Below, piece by piece: positions 1 through 9,456 of a stretch of 64,000 nucleotides of DNA (the first letter of the stretch is position 1; each line of letters begins with the position of its first letter). The translations under genes and the position numbers were made by a program. This DNA comes from an uncultured Verrucomicrobiae bacterium. Lineage in GTDB: Bacteria > Verrucomicrobiota > Verrucomicrobiia > Chthoniobacterales > UBA10450. The notes beneath the pieces were generated by a model. That model did no database searches and had not been told where the DNA came from. It saw only the letters and a program-made list of their open reading frames with translations. Where the stretch lies: positions 512,001-576,000 of the forward strand of contig CAVTMK010000004.1 in the NCBI GenBank assembly GCA_963735805.1, written 5' to 3'.

Positions 1-344
1 AAAAATTGGTCGCAGACGCGAAGAAGAAGATCACTGAGATTTCGCCGGTCGAAGCAGCGGCAAAATCAAAGAGCGGCGAAGCGGTGATTGTCGACGTTCG
101 CGAAAAAGATGAATGGGACGAGGGACATATTCCTGATGCAATTCACATGAGTCGCGGGACAATCGAACTCGACGTCGAGGAAAAAATCCCGGACACGAAC
201 GCAATGATTATTTGTCATTGCGGGGGAGGTGGGCGCTCCGCGCTTGCCGCCGAGAACCTGCAAAAAATGGGCTACAAAAACGTTCGCTCCATGGCTGGCG
301 GCCTTACAGCTTGGAAAGCCATTGGGCTGCCTACGGCCAGGTAG
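1..344 (+). CDS. Rhodanese-like domain protein, probably 5'-truncated by the window edge
   Basis: DVRE..EW..GHIP and active-site loop CGGGGRS; frame is open to the window start. Confidence 0.88.
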   Translation, partial: KLVADAKKKITEISPVEAAAKSKSGEAVIVDVREKDEWDEGHIPDAIHMSRGTIELDVEEKIPDTNAMIICHCGGGGRSALAAENLQKMGYKNVRSMAGGLTAWKAIGLPTAR

Positions 345-451
345 CTGTAAAGACGCTTGTGCCAGGCGCTTTCAGCATTTGGCTTTGCCTATCAGCATTG
401 TTTTCGCGTTGCCGTCCCGCTAAACTACGAGAATTACCGGGACGAAACAAC

Positions 452-1621
452 GTGACGACAAGTTCGCTGGATTACTATGGAATTGAAGAGCTTCTCACGG
501 ATGAGGAACGCACAGCGCGCGATCGGGCGAGGCGCTTTGTGCAGGAGGAGGTCGCGCCTGAGATTGTTCCGTTCCACCGTGCGGGGAAGTTCCCAGAGGC
601 TCTCGTACCGCGGATGGGTGCGTTGGGCTTTTATGCTCCTTATTTGAAAGGACACGGCTGCGCTGGTCTTAGCTACACCGCCTATGGGCTGATCATGCAG
701 GAGCTCGAACGTGCCGATTCGGGTCTGCGCTCTTTGGCGTCCGTGCAAGGGCCGCTTGTTACCCATGCGATTCATTCTTTTGCGACACCTGAGCAACAAG
801 CGCGCTGGCTGCCGGGATTAGTGGCGGGCAAGCTTGTTGGCTGTTTCGGATTAACGGAGCACGGGCACGGCTCTGATCCCGGCGGCATGGAAACCCGCGC
901 CAAACGCGAAGGCGACCATTACACTTTGAACGGCAGCAAATGTTGGATCGGCAATGCTTCGATTGCGGATGTTAAAGTTATTTGGGCAAAAGACGACGAA
1001 GGGCACGTAGGCGGATTCGTGGTGGAAAAGGACGCCCCTGGTTTTCGCGCACAGGACATCGAAGGAAAGTTTAGTCTGCGAATGTCGCGCACGTCGGAAT
1101 GCTGGTTTGAGAACTGCCGCATACCTGCAGAGAATCGTTTGCCCAAGGCATCCGGGCTCGGAGCGCCGCTCTCGTGTCTTTCACACGCACGCGCAGGCAT
1201 AGCCTGGGGCGTGATTGGCGCGGCTATTGATTGCTACGAGACAGCGCTGGCTTACGCCAAATCGCGCGAACAATTTGGTCGCCCGATTGCTGGCTTCCAA
1301 TTGGTGCAACAAAAGCTTGTCTGGATGGCGCAGGAAATTACCAAGGCACAATTATTGGCGTTGCGTCTCACACGCATGATGGAGACGGGTTCGGCGCGTC
1401 CCGCGCAGATCTCGCTTGCGAAACGAAACAATGTTTGGATGGCACTCGAATGTGCCCGGAATGCGCGCGGCATACTTGGCGCCGCAGGCATTACAGATCG
1501 TTACCCTGTGATTCGCCATGTCATGAACCTTGAAAGCGTATCGACGTACGAAGGCACACACGACATCCACACGTTGGTAGTGGGCCGCGACATCACGGGG
1601 ATCAATGCTTTTGGCGGCTAG
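452..1621 (+). CDS. gcdH: Acyl-CoA dehydrogenase, glutaryl-CoA dehydrogenase-like
   Basis: GCFGLTE..GSDP, LNGSK.WI, NLESVSTYEGTHDIH motifs; GTG at 452 is the likely start, and the ORF-track N-terminal extension is non-homologous. Confidence 0.85.
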   Translation: MTTSSLDYYGIEELLTDEERTARDRARRFVQEEVAPEIVPFHRAGKFPEALVPRMGALGFYAPYLKGHGCAGLSYTAYGLIMQELERADSGLRSLASVQGPLVTHAIHSFATPEQQARWLPGLVAGKLVGCFGLTEHGHGSDPGGMETRAKREGDHYTLNGSKCWIGNASIADVKVIWAKDDEGHVGGFVVEKDAPGFRAQDIEGKFSLRMSRTSECWFENCRIPAENRLPKASGLGAPLSCLSHARAGIAWGVIGAAIDCYETALAYAKSREQFGRPIAGFQLVQQKLVWMAQEITKAQLLALRLTRMMETGSARPAQISLAKRNNVWMALECARNARGILGAAGITDRYPVIRHVMNLESVSTYEGTHDIHTLVVGRDITGINAFGG

Positions 1622-1627
1622 CACCTC

Positions 1628-1731
1628 ATCATCCGCGCCGCGAAGTCGGAGAAGGCGCCTCATTCGTTAATTGCTCCTCAGATGTGTACTGCAGCATGTC
1701 GCGGGTGATCCTTCGCTTCGCTCAGGATGAC
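1628..1731. repeat. TCATYC...GRATGAC palindromic REP-like element, copy 1
   Basis: Ends tcatcc...gatccttcgcttcgctcaggatgac; related copies at 16103 and 26742. Confidence 0.65.
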
Positions 1732-1762
1732 AGTGCGTAAAGATCGGCTACGTTGAGTTGTT

Positions 1763-2995
1763 ATGAACGAGTCAGTTTACATTCTTGGCGGCGGGCGCAC
1801 CGATTTTAAGCGCAACCTGAAGAAAGAAGGGAAAACGATCCGGCACATCATTATCGAGGCCGGCAAGAAGGCGATCGACGACGCGAAAATTGATCCGGTG
1901 GAAATTCAAGCCGGCGCGGTTGGCAATTTCAACGCAGGTCAGTTTACAAAACAGCTACAGCTCGGCGCGTTCATTCCCGAGATCGATCCGAAATTGCGCG
2001 GTATTCCGACGATGCACACCGAAGCAGCATGCGCGTCTGGTGCGCTGTCGGTGTTACTCGGCGCCGAATGGATCATGGGCGGATTCTATGATGTCGTGCT
2101 GGTTGTAGGCGCAGAACAACAGAAAACCATGTCATCGCTCGATGGCTCGGATGTGCTCGGCGCGGCTGCCGATTATCACAACGAAAAGCCGGAATATGGC
2201 GATTTTATGTTCCCCAAATTATTCGGCCGTATCGCGCAAATTTATATCGAGAAATATGGCGCGACCGAAGCGGACCTGGCCCTGGTCGCGTGGAAAAACT
2301 ATGCGCACGCCAAGTTGAATCCGCTTGCGCAAATGCGAGACGCCGACCTCACACTCGATTGCGCGTCGCAAGTTTCCGATAAAAATCCGAGTGTTTCGCC
2401 GCCGCTTAAGGTTTCCGATTGTTCCCAGATCACTGACGGCGCAGCGTCGGTCGTTCTGGTTTCTGGAAAATATCTGGAGAAAATTGGCCGTGATAAAAAC
2501 AAAACTGCCCGATTGCTTGGCTACGGTCATACAACCGATTATTTGCCGCTCGACAAAAAGGATGCGCCCACGTTTTCGATCGCGCGTAAAGCAGCCGAGA
2601 GGGCGTTCCGCACGGCGAATCTGACGCCGCGCGATCTGCAGGGCGCGGAGGTGCACGATTGCTTCTCGATCACTGAAATTGTCGCCTACGAAATTCTCGG
2701 ACTCGCAGAATCGGGCAAAGGTGTCGAGCTTGTGAAAAGCGGCGCGACAGCGTTGCCGCAGGTGCGCACGGAAAAATTCAAAGGGCCTTTCCAGATTCCG
2801 GTGAATGCGGGCGGCGGCCTGATCGCCGACGGTCACCCTGTCGGTGCGACAGGCGTTCGCCAGGTTTTTGAGGCGTATCAACAGCTTACGGAACAGGCTG
2901 GCGCACGGCAGATTGAAAGCGCGAAAAGATTTCTCACTTTCAACATGGGCGGCAGCCTCACGACTTCCGTGGCCATGGTTTGGGGACGAGATTGA
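1763..2995 (+). CDS. Thiolase, SCP2-type (HDCF)
   Basis: EAACASG, EVHDCF, GHPVGATG, FNMGG motifs. Confidence 0.9.
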   Translation: MNESVYILGGGRTDFKRNLKKEGKTIRHIIIEAGKKAIDDAKIDPVEIQAGAVGNFNAGQFTKQLQLGAFIPEIDPKLRGIPTMHTEAACASGALSVLLGAEWIMGGFYDVVLVVGAEQQKTMSSLDGSDVLGAAADYHNEKPEYGDFMFPKLFGRIAQIYIEKYGATEADLALVAWKNYAHAKLNPLAQMRDADLTLDCASQVSDKNPSVSPPLKVSDCSQITDGAASVVLVSGKYLEKIGRDKNKTARLLGYGHTTDYLPLDKKDAPTFSIARKAAERAFRTANLTPRDLQGAEVHDCFSITEIVAYEILGLAESGKGVELVKSGATALPQVRTEKFKGPFQIPVNAGGGLIADGHPVGATGVRQVFEAYQQLTEQAGARQIESAKRFLTFNMGGSLTTSVAMVWGRD

Positions 2996-3000
2996 TCGAG

Positions 3001-3035
3001 TCCGAAATTCGCAATTCGAGATCCGTCATTCGGCG
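3001..3035. repeat. Degenerate heptamer tandem array
   Basis: tccgaaa ttcgcaa ttcgaga tccgtca ttcggcg. Confidence 0.55.
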
Positions 3036-3159
3036 CACTGACGCCTTGGCATAGTTCGTTATGCAAGATTCGCGATTCGCGTGCCGAATCACGATTTAAC
3101 GAATCACATTGCGAAGCCGCTTTCACGTCCGGATGACGGTTGGCGCACGTTTCTGGGGT

Positions 3160-3429
3160 ATGGTCTCGCTTGCAATTGAAGAACTGCCTCCTGTGATAAA
3201 AGAGGATGTCGAGGACTATCTCGAAAATCATCCACGCAGCCCAGCCGCACGCTTGCGTCCAAGAATGGGAATGGTCGGCGACATCTGGCTGGCGTTTATC
3301 GGGTCCGAGCTGCGACGTGGCGCCAGTGGACTAGGCAACACGCCACGTAATGCCCTTCAAGATTTCAATCGCCACTTCATGGAGCCGATCATCTCTCGAA
3401 ACGGCTCCGAACCAGCGGAGACCGATTGA
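3160..3429 (+). CDS. Small hypothetical protein
   Basis: Protein-like ORF from ATG 3160 filling the gap before the VOC gene. Confidence 0.6.
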   Translation: MVSLAIEELPPVIKEDVEDYLENHPRSPAARLRPRMGMVGDIWLAFIGSELRRGASGLGNTPRNALQDFNRHFMEPIISRNGSEPAETD

Positions 3430-3450
3430 TTTGAGCTTGACCGCGGTCAT

Positions 3451-3837
3451 ATGAAAGTTCCATTCACGCTGGGAGAAGTAGGTCACTTCGGTTTAGCCGT
3501 GTGTGATCCGAAGAAAAGCGCTCAATGGTTCGAGCGTACGTTGGGATTGCGCAAAGAATTCGATTTCGAAAACGGGATCGCGATCGGTAATGACTATGTG
3601 ACCATTGCGCTGTTCAAAGGTAAACCCTCACCGAAAACGATTGATCATATGTCCTTTCATCTGCCGGACATGGCAACCTTGCGAAAGGCGCTCGCGCATT
3701 TGAAGAGCGTCGATGCCGACATTGAGGATCCGGGCGATGAAATCGGTCCGGAAGGCCCGGGATCGAAAAACATGGGGCTTTGGTTCCATGACCCAGACGG
3801 CTACCGCTGGGAGCTAAGTGTTCTTGGCGGCAAATAA
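3451..3837 (+). CDS. VOC/glyoxalase family protein
   Basis: GHFGLAV, IDHMSF, FHDPDGYRWEL. Confidence 0.9.
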   Translation: MKVPFTLGEVGHFGLAVCDPKKSAQWFERTLGLRKEFDFENGIAIGNDYVTIALFKGKPSPKTIDHMSFHLPDMATLRKALAHLKSVDADIEDPGDEIGPEGPGSKNMGLWFHDPDGYRWELSVLGGK

Positions 3838-3944
3838 GGTCTGAGCAACTAAACCACGCGGTGCCCTGAGCCTTCGCAAATGGCCTGGCATCACTCAATC
3901 GGATGAGGACTAACGAGTGCGTAGCGCACAAGCAAGTGCGTGCG

Positions 3945-3972
3945 TTGACATGATATTTCAGGGCCTTAACTT
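3945..3972 (+). promoter_or_regulatory. Putative sigma70 promoter of kamA
   Basis: TTGACA(3945)-N16-TAACTT(3967), 20 nt before ATG 3993. Confidence 0.45.
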
Positions 3973-3992
3973 TTTCGTCCGCAATTAAAAAA

Positions 3993-5193
3993 ATGATTAC
4001 CCAGGAAAAAGGGGACGGAAAAGAGTTTATCTCGCACGCGCCAGGATATTGGCCAGAGATCGCTCAGGAACTCTGGAACGATTGGAAATGGCAGCTCAAG
4101 AACAGGGTCACTTCTCTCGCTCAACTGGAGAAACACCTCGGTACTGGCTGATGAAGAGCGCAGCGGCGTGTTGCTCTCAGGCGACAAGCTCGCGCTCGCG
4201 GTCACGCCGCACTTTTTTAATCTCGTGCCGCAGGACAATCCCGAGGATCCAATCCGGCGTCAGATGATTCCACGTATCGAGGAGACCTGGGCATCGCCCT
4301 ACGACATGGCCGATCCATGCGGCGAAGATTCGCACATGCCGGTTCCAGGGTTGGTGCACCGTTATCCGGACCGCGTCCTGTTTTTGGTTACGGATCGTTG
4401 CGCAAGTTACTGCCGCTATTGCACCCGCAGTCGCGTCGTCAGCGGCGTGGGCGAACAGGAGTTGCACACAGATTTCGAGGAAGCGTTTCGTTACCTTGAA
4501 GCGCATACCGAGGTGCGCGATGTCCTCCTGAGCGGCGGAGACGCGCTCATTTTTTCTGACGAAAGGATCGACAAGCTGCTTTCGCGATTGCGATCGATTC
4601 CCCATATAGAGTTTGTCCGCATTGGCACGCGGGTGCCGATTTTCCTCCCACAACGCATTACACCAGAGCTGTGTGCGATCCTGGCGAAATATCATCCGCT
4701 CTGGATGAGTGTGCATGTCAATCATCCCCGCGAGTTGAACACTGAGGTGAAGCAAGCGCTGGAGCGCCTTGCTAACGCGGGCATCCCACTGGGAAATCAA
4801 AGCGTATTGCTCGCGGGCGTGAACGACAACTTGGAAACCATGAAAACGCTCGTGCACAAACTTCTTATGTGCCGCGTTCGCCCGTACTACATTTATCAGT
4901 GCGATTTGATCAACGGCTCGTCGCATCTGCGCACGTCCGTTGCGAAGGGGATTGAGATTATCGAAGGCCTGCGCGGTCATACCACCGGTTACGCTGTGCC
5001 ACAGTTCGTGATCGATGCACCCGGCGGCGGCGGCAAGGTGCCTATCAATCCCGGGTACATCCTTTATCATGACAACGAGAAAATCGTCATCAGAAATTAC
5101 GAAGGCAAAATCTTCGAGTACCCAGAGGCGGGAAACGAGAACGTCCAGTTCGCGCCGCAGCGCGAATATCACGACGAGTACCTTTACTCGTAG
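3993..5193 (+). pseudogene. kamA: KamA-family radical SAM (lysine 2,3-aminomutase-like), split by a +1 frameshift near 4140 (real lesion or sequencing error)
   Basis: ATG 3993 frame gives WNDWKWQLKNRV then stops at 4149; the +1 frame continues with CASYCRYC, NQSVLL, YIYQCD and DAPGGGGKVP. Confidence 0.85.
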
Positions 5194-5412
5194 CCTGATC
5201 GTCGGTCCGAACGCTTGGGCTCCGGCTTAGGAAAGGGCTGAGCGAATCAATGGTAGGTTTTCCCTGCCCAAGGGTATCCCGGCGGCTGCTTCTTTGTAAT
5301 ACCTTTTCGTTTGGCTCGTTGCGTAAACTTTAAGCTTGCGTATTAAAGATCGCGACGTATAAAGTCCCGCTCTTTAGTTTTTTCGCTATTCAATTGTCAC
5401 TTTTGTCATTCT

Positions 5413-6054
5413 ATGAACCAACGCCTGATCTCGGAAATTGGCCGCACTCAGCGACTTGAAATCATTAACTCCCTGAAGCGCACGCGGGGGATGTCCGTAA
5501 ACGAACTGGTGGAAAAAATGAGGATGAGCTACATGGGCATCAAGCAGCATTGTCTCACTCTCCAGCGTGACGGTTATTTGGATACCTGGCGCCGCCCCCA
5601 AAGGATGGGTCGCCCCGAAATGGTTTACCGGTTAACGCGCCGCAGCCATGATCTTTTTCAGGCCGACAGCCATCAGCTTACTCTCGATCTGTTAAAAGCG
5701 GCGCAGGAAATCTACGGACCAAACGCTCCGGAGAAGCTTCTTTACAATATTTTTGAAAAGAAAACTGTCGCGCTCAAGGCCCGAGTCAGGGGAGATACAG
5801 TCGCCGAACGCGCCAAATGGCTGGCCAATGCGCGCGATAGCGAAGGCTACATGTCCCAGTTCGTTAACGATCACCAGGATGGTGGTCCGCGGATCGTTGA
5901 GTGTCACTCGCCGATCCTGAATTTGATGGATCGTTATCCAATCGTAGGCCGGCTCGAACAGGATCTGTTCGAAGCCGTGTTGCGCACGAAAGTCCGCCGG
6001 CAAATGATGCGCAACTCGGGACTATACGAGTGTGCATATCATTTCGCGGCTTAA
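5413..6054 (+). CDS. ArsR/SufR-like helix-turn-helix transcriptional regulator
   Basis: N-terminal wHTH with GRP..VYRLT; C-terminal Cys residues (VECHSP, ECAY). Confidence 0.75.
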   Translation: MNQRLISEIGRTQRLEIINSLKRTRGMSVNELVEKMRMSYMGIKQHCLTLQRDGYLDTWRRPQRMGRPEMVYRLTRRSHDLFQADSHQLTLDLLKAAQEIYGPNAPEKLLYNIFEKKTVALKARVRGDTVAERAKWLANARDSEGYMSQFVNDHQDGGPRIVECHSPILNLMDRYPIVGRLEQDLFEAVLRTKVRRQMMRNSGLYECAYHFAA

Positions 6055-6209
6055 GATTGTGCCCGTAATAAAGGTTCGCACATAGAGAGCGCGCTGGCTC
6101 GGGTTGCAGGAACGCACCGCAAGATCCTCGCCGATTCCAAGCGCAAGCCCACAATCATGCGATTGATTTGTTCTTTCGCTCTCCATGAATCTCGGTTGAT
6201 TGATGGCCC

Positions 6210-8156
6210 ATGGCTCGGGCTTTTCCTTCTGTTGTCATAGAGAATTTGCAGCCGCTGATCGACGGCGGCCGCTACCCGATCAAGCGCATCACTGGAGAAG
6301 ACTTGGTCGTGGAAGCGGACATTTTCAAGGACGGGCACGACATCGTGGCGGCAAACCTGAAGTGGCGGGTTCTTGGAAAACGCGCATGGCGGGAAACGCC
6401 CATGAACTTCGTCGATAACGATCGCTGGCGCGGCGTCTGCACGCTATATGCCGAGGACATTCACGAATACACTGTCGAAGCATGGACTGATGCTTTTCGA
6501 AGTTGGCAAGCCGAGTTCGCCAAGAAATTTGAAGCCGGCATTTCCGATCTTCGCAGTGAAGCGCTGGAAGGCGCGACGTTGGTAGAGGCTGCCGCCAGAC
6601 GTGCGCGAGATCGAGCTGACCGCAAGCGGTTGCTCGAGTTTTCCCGGCAAATTTCGACCGGTGCTAATTCAGAGGTTCACTCGATTGCACAATCAGGCGA
6701 GTTGGAAGTGCTGATGGCGACGCATCCCGATCGTGCCGCTGCAACGCAGTACGATCCTTCCGCTCGCGTGGTTGTGGATCGCCGGGCGGCATTAGTCGGA
6801 GCGTGGTATGAATTTTTCCCGCGCTCGGCGGAGGGCCGGGGCGATCGCGGATCGACGTTCAGGGATTGTTTGCCCCGGGTGGATGACGCAAAAGAGATGG
6901 GTTTCGACGTCATTTATTTTCCGCCAATTCATCCGATCGGTCACACCAGCCGCAAAGGCAGAAATAACTCGGTTACATGCGACCCGCGTGATCCGGGTGT
7001 TCCATGGGCCATCGGCAGTGAAGCGGGCGGCCATAAGGCTGTGGAGCCTTCACTCGGGACGCTCAAAGATTTCGATTGGCTTCAAAAAGAGGTGCGCAAA
7101 CGCGGGATGGAAATCGCCCTGGACTTCGCAATCAATTGCTCACCCGATCATCCTTACGTCAAGGAGCATCCCGATTGGTTTTACAAACGCCCCGACGGCA
7201 CAATCAAATTTGCAGAGAATCCGCCGAAAAAATACGAAGATATTTACCCGGTAAACTTTCGATGTGAAAACTGGCGTGAGCTCTGGGCGGAGATGAAGAG
7301 CATCGTGTTGTTTTGGGCTGAGCACGGAGTGCGTATCTTTAGAGTCGACAATCCGCACACCAAGCCAGTTGCTTTCTGGGAATATTTGATACGAGGCGTC
7401 CGCGAGAAATATCCAGATACAATTTTTCTCGCCGAAGCGTTTACCAGGCCAAAGATGATGAAAGCGCTGGCGAAAGCCGGCTTTAACCAGAGCTACACCT
7501 ATTTTACATGGCGAAATTCAAAGCGCGAACTTATCGAATATTTCACGGAACTGACCCAAACAGAGATGAACGAATATTTTCGTCCCAATCTTTGGCCCAA
7601 TACACCTGACATCCTGCCCTTTGTCCTTCAGGAGGGCGGCCGGCCGGCATTCATGATTCGCGTAGCTCTGGCCGCGACGCTTTCACCTCTGTACGGCATC
7701 TATAGCGGATATGAGCTATGCGAGGATGCACCATTACCAGGGCGCGAGGAATATCTGGATTCGGAAAAATACCAATACAAGGAGCGCGATTGGAATGCGC
7801 CGGGAAACATCAAGGATTGGATCGGGCGACTGAACAAAATCCGAAGGGAAAACCGCGCGCTACAGCTTTACACAAATTTGCGGTTCCATGACGCTGACAA
7901 CGAAGCCATCCTTTTCTACAGCAAGATGACCGCGGCGCGCGATAACATCATTCTCGTGGTTGTGAATCTCGATCCGTATCGCAAGCAAAATTCATTTGTC
8001 TACGTTCCGATTGAGAGTTTCGGACAAATGGAAAGCGACGTGTACCAAGTGCAGGATCTGATGAGTGGGGCGACCTACACCTGGCGCGGTCACCGTAACT
8101 ACGTGGAACTCGATCCGGACATTCAACCGGCGCACGTTCTTCTGGTGCACCGTTGA
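6210..8156 (+). CDS. glgE: Alpha-1,4-glucan:maltose-1-phosphate maltosyltransferase
   Basis: WYEFFPRS, AENPPKKYEDIYP, FRVDNPHTKP, NTPDIL, EYLDSEKY. Confidence 0.95.
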   Translation: MARAFPSVVIENLQPLIDGGRYPIKRITGEDLVVEADIFKDGHDIVAANLKWRVLGKRAWRETPMNFVDNDRWRGVCTLYAEDIHEYTVEAWTDAFRSWQAEFAKKFEAGISDLRSEALEGATLVEAAARRARDRADRKRLLEFSRQISTGANSEVHSIAQSGELEVLMATHPDRAAATQYDPSARVVVDRRAALVGAWYEFFPRSAEGRGDRGSTFRDCLPRVDDAKEMGFDVIYFPPIHPIGHTSRKGRNNSVTCDPRDPGVPWAIGSEAGGHKAVEPSLGTLKDFDWLQKEVRKRGMEIALDFAINCSPDHPYVKEHPDWFYKRPDGTIKFAENPPKKYEDIYPVNFRCENWRELWAEMKSIVLFWAEHGVRIFRVDNPHTKPVAFWEYLIRGVREKYPDTIFLAEAFTRPKMMKALAKAGFNQSYTYFTWRNSKRELIEYFTELTQTEMNEYFRPNLWPNTPDILPFVLQEGGRPAFMIRVALAATLSPLYGIYSGYELCEDAPLPGREEYLDSEKYQYKERDWNAPGNIKDWIGRLNKIRRENRALQLYTNLRFHDADNEAILFYSKMTAARDNIILVVVNLDPYRKQNSFVYVPIESFGQMESDVYQVQDLMSGATYTWRGHRNYVELDPDIQPAHVLLVHR

Positions 8157-8220
8157 GTTTCGGTTTGCTGTGTTTCGCAACTTGAAGAGCCTGCTCGTGT
8201 TTGATCTGTCAATGGCGCAT

Positions 8221-8249
8221 TTGCATCGATTGATCGCCCTGCATATCAT
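8221..8249 (+). promoter_or_regulatory. Putative sigma70 promoter of the exbB operon
   Basis: TTGCAT-N17-TATCAT, 15 nt before ATG 8265. Confidence 0.4.
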
Positions 8250-8264
8250 TACCAAATTTCTTGC

Positions 8265-9032
8265 ATGAAGATTTGGGCCATGCTGTTTGCCGCGCTGGCG
8301 AGCGCGTCTCCTGTGATTGCACAGGAAGCCACGGCTACTCCGCCTCTGGTTCCCGAGCGCTCGCAGACTATCCTGGAGACACTGTTCAAGGCCGGACCGG
8401 TAATGATTCCGCTCCTGTTGCTGTCGATCTTTTTTGTGATGTTGGTGGTGGTTTATTTGATGACAATCCGCCGCGGCGCGGTGGTTTCGAGCGGTTACAT
8501 GGCAACCGCCGATGCGCTTTTGCGTAAACGCGATTATTTGGGTCTGCTCGCCGTTTCCAATCGGCATGGGGAAGCGATCGCACGGGTCGTACAAAAAATG
8601 CTCGATTTCACGACCAAGAATCCGCAGGCGGATCTGCAGCAGGTTCGCGAAATCGCCGAGACAGAGGGAACGCGCGTCGCGGCGAGCCTGAATAATCGGG
8701 TGATTTACCTCGCGGATATTGGGATGATTGCGCCGCTGCTGGGCCTGCTTGGAACCGTCTTTGGAATTATCCACTCCTTTGGCGCCCTGGGCGCAGACAT
8801 TGGCTCAGCGCGCTACGTGGCGCTGTCGCGCGGAATCAGCGAAGCACTGGTTAACACCGCGGGCGGGCTGGCCATCGGCATTCCGGCAATGGCTTTTTAC
8901 GCGTTCTTTCGCGGAAGAGCGCAAAAGCTGATCTCGGAATTAGAAGCTGCTTCGACCCATGTGTTGGCTTTACTTTCGCTGCAATATGGCAGGTCCCAGC
9001 GGACTCCCGTGCTGATCGAAGAGGAACTGTAA
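8265..9032 (+). CDS. exbB: MotA/TolQ/ExbB proton channel protein
   Basis: APLLGLLGTVFGII and GISEALVNTAGGL. Confidence 0.9.
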   Translation: MKIWAMLFAALASASPVIAQEATATPPLVPERSQTILETLFKAGPVMIPLLLLSIFFVMLVVVYLMTIRRGAVVSSGYMATADALLRKRDYLGLLAVSNRHGEAIARVVQKMLDFTTKNPQADLQQVREIAETEGTRVAASLNNRVIYLADIGMIAPLLGLLGTVFGIIHSFGALGADIGSARYVALSRGISEALVNTAGGLAIGIPAMAFYAFFRGRAQKLISELEAASTHVLALLSLQYGRSQRTPVLIEEEL

Positions 9033-9048
9033 GAGCTATCTCACTCCA

Positions 9049-9456
9049 ATGAATCTGCGTGGTCACGCACCTATGCATCATCCAGGCATTCAACTGGCGC
9101 CCCTGGTGGATGTGCTGCTGCTTTTATTGATTTTTTTCCTGCTCACATGGAACGCGGCCCGGACTGAAAACGAGCTGGACGTTAAGGTGCCGAAAGCATC
9201 AGCTGCGAAAGAAAAGTCTGCGCCGATTGGCGATGTTATCGTTAACGTAAAGGCCGATGGTAATGTGGTGGTCAATCGTCGCACTTTGAGCAGTGCCGAA
9301 TTAAGCGAATTATTGAAAAGCCTCGTTCAACTGAACTCCGAGCAAGCTGTAGTGATCCGCGGCGACGAAACCGGTGCCTACAAGAACATCGTTGGCGTGT
9401 TGAACATTTGTACCGAGGCAGGAGTAACCACCATAGCTTTCGCCACAGCAAGATGA
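9049..9456 (+). CDS. exbD: ExbD/TolR biopolymer transport protein
   Basis: PLVDVLLLLLIFF TM segment with conserved Asp; IRGD motif. Confidence 0.9.
   Translation: MNLRGHAPMHHPGIQLAPLVDVLLLLLIFFLLTWNAARTENELDVKVPKASAAKEKSAPIGDVIVNVKADGNVVVNRRTLSSAELSELLKSLVQLNSEQAVVIRGDETGAYKNIVGVLNICTEAGVTTIAFATAR

Noticed and set aside
4177..5172. 331-aa antisense ORF over kamA (similar ones at 2219, 22449, 27712, 54597, 60712)
   Set aside because: Shadow ORFs opposite well-supported genes in GC-rich DNA; no motifs
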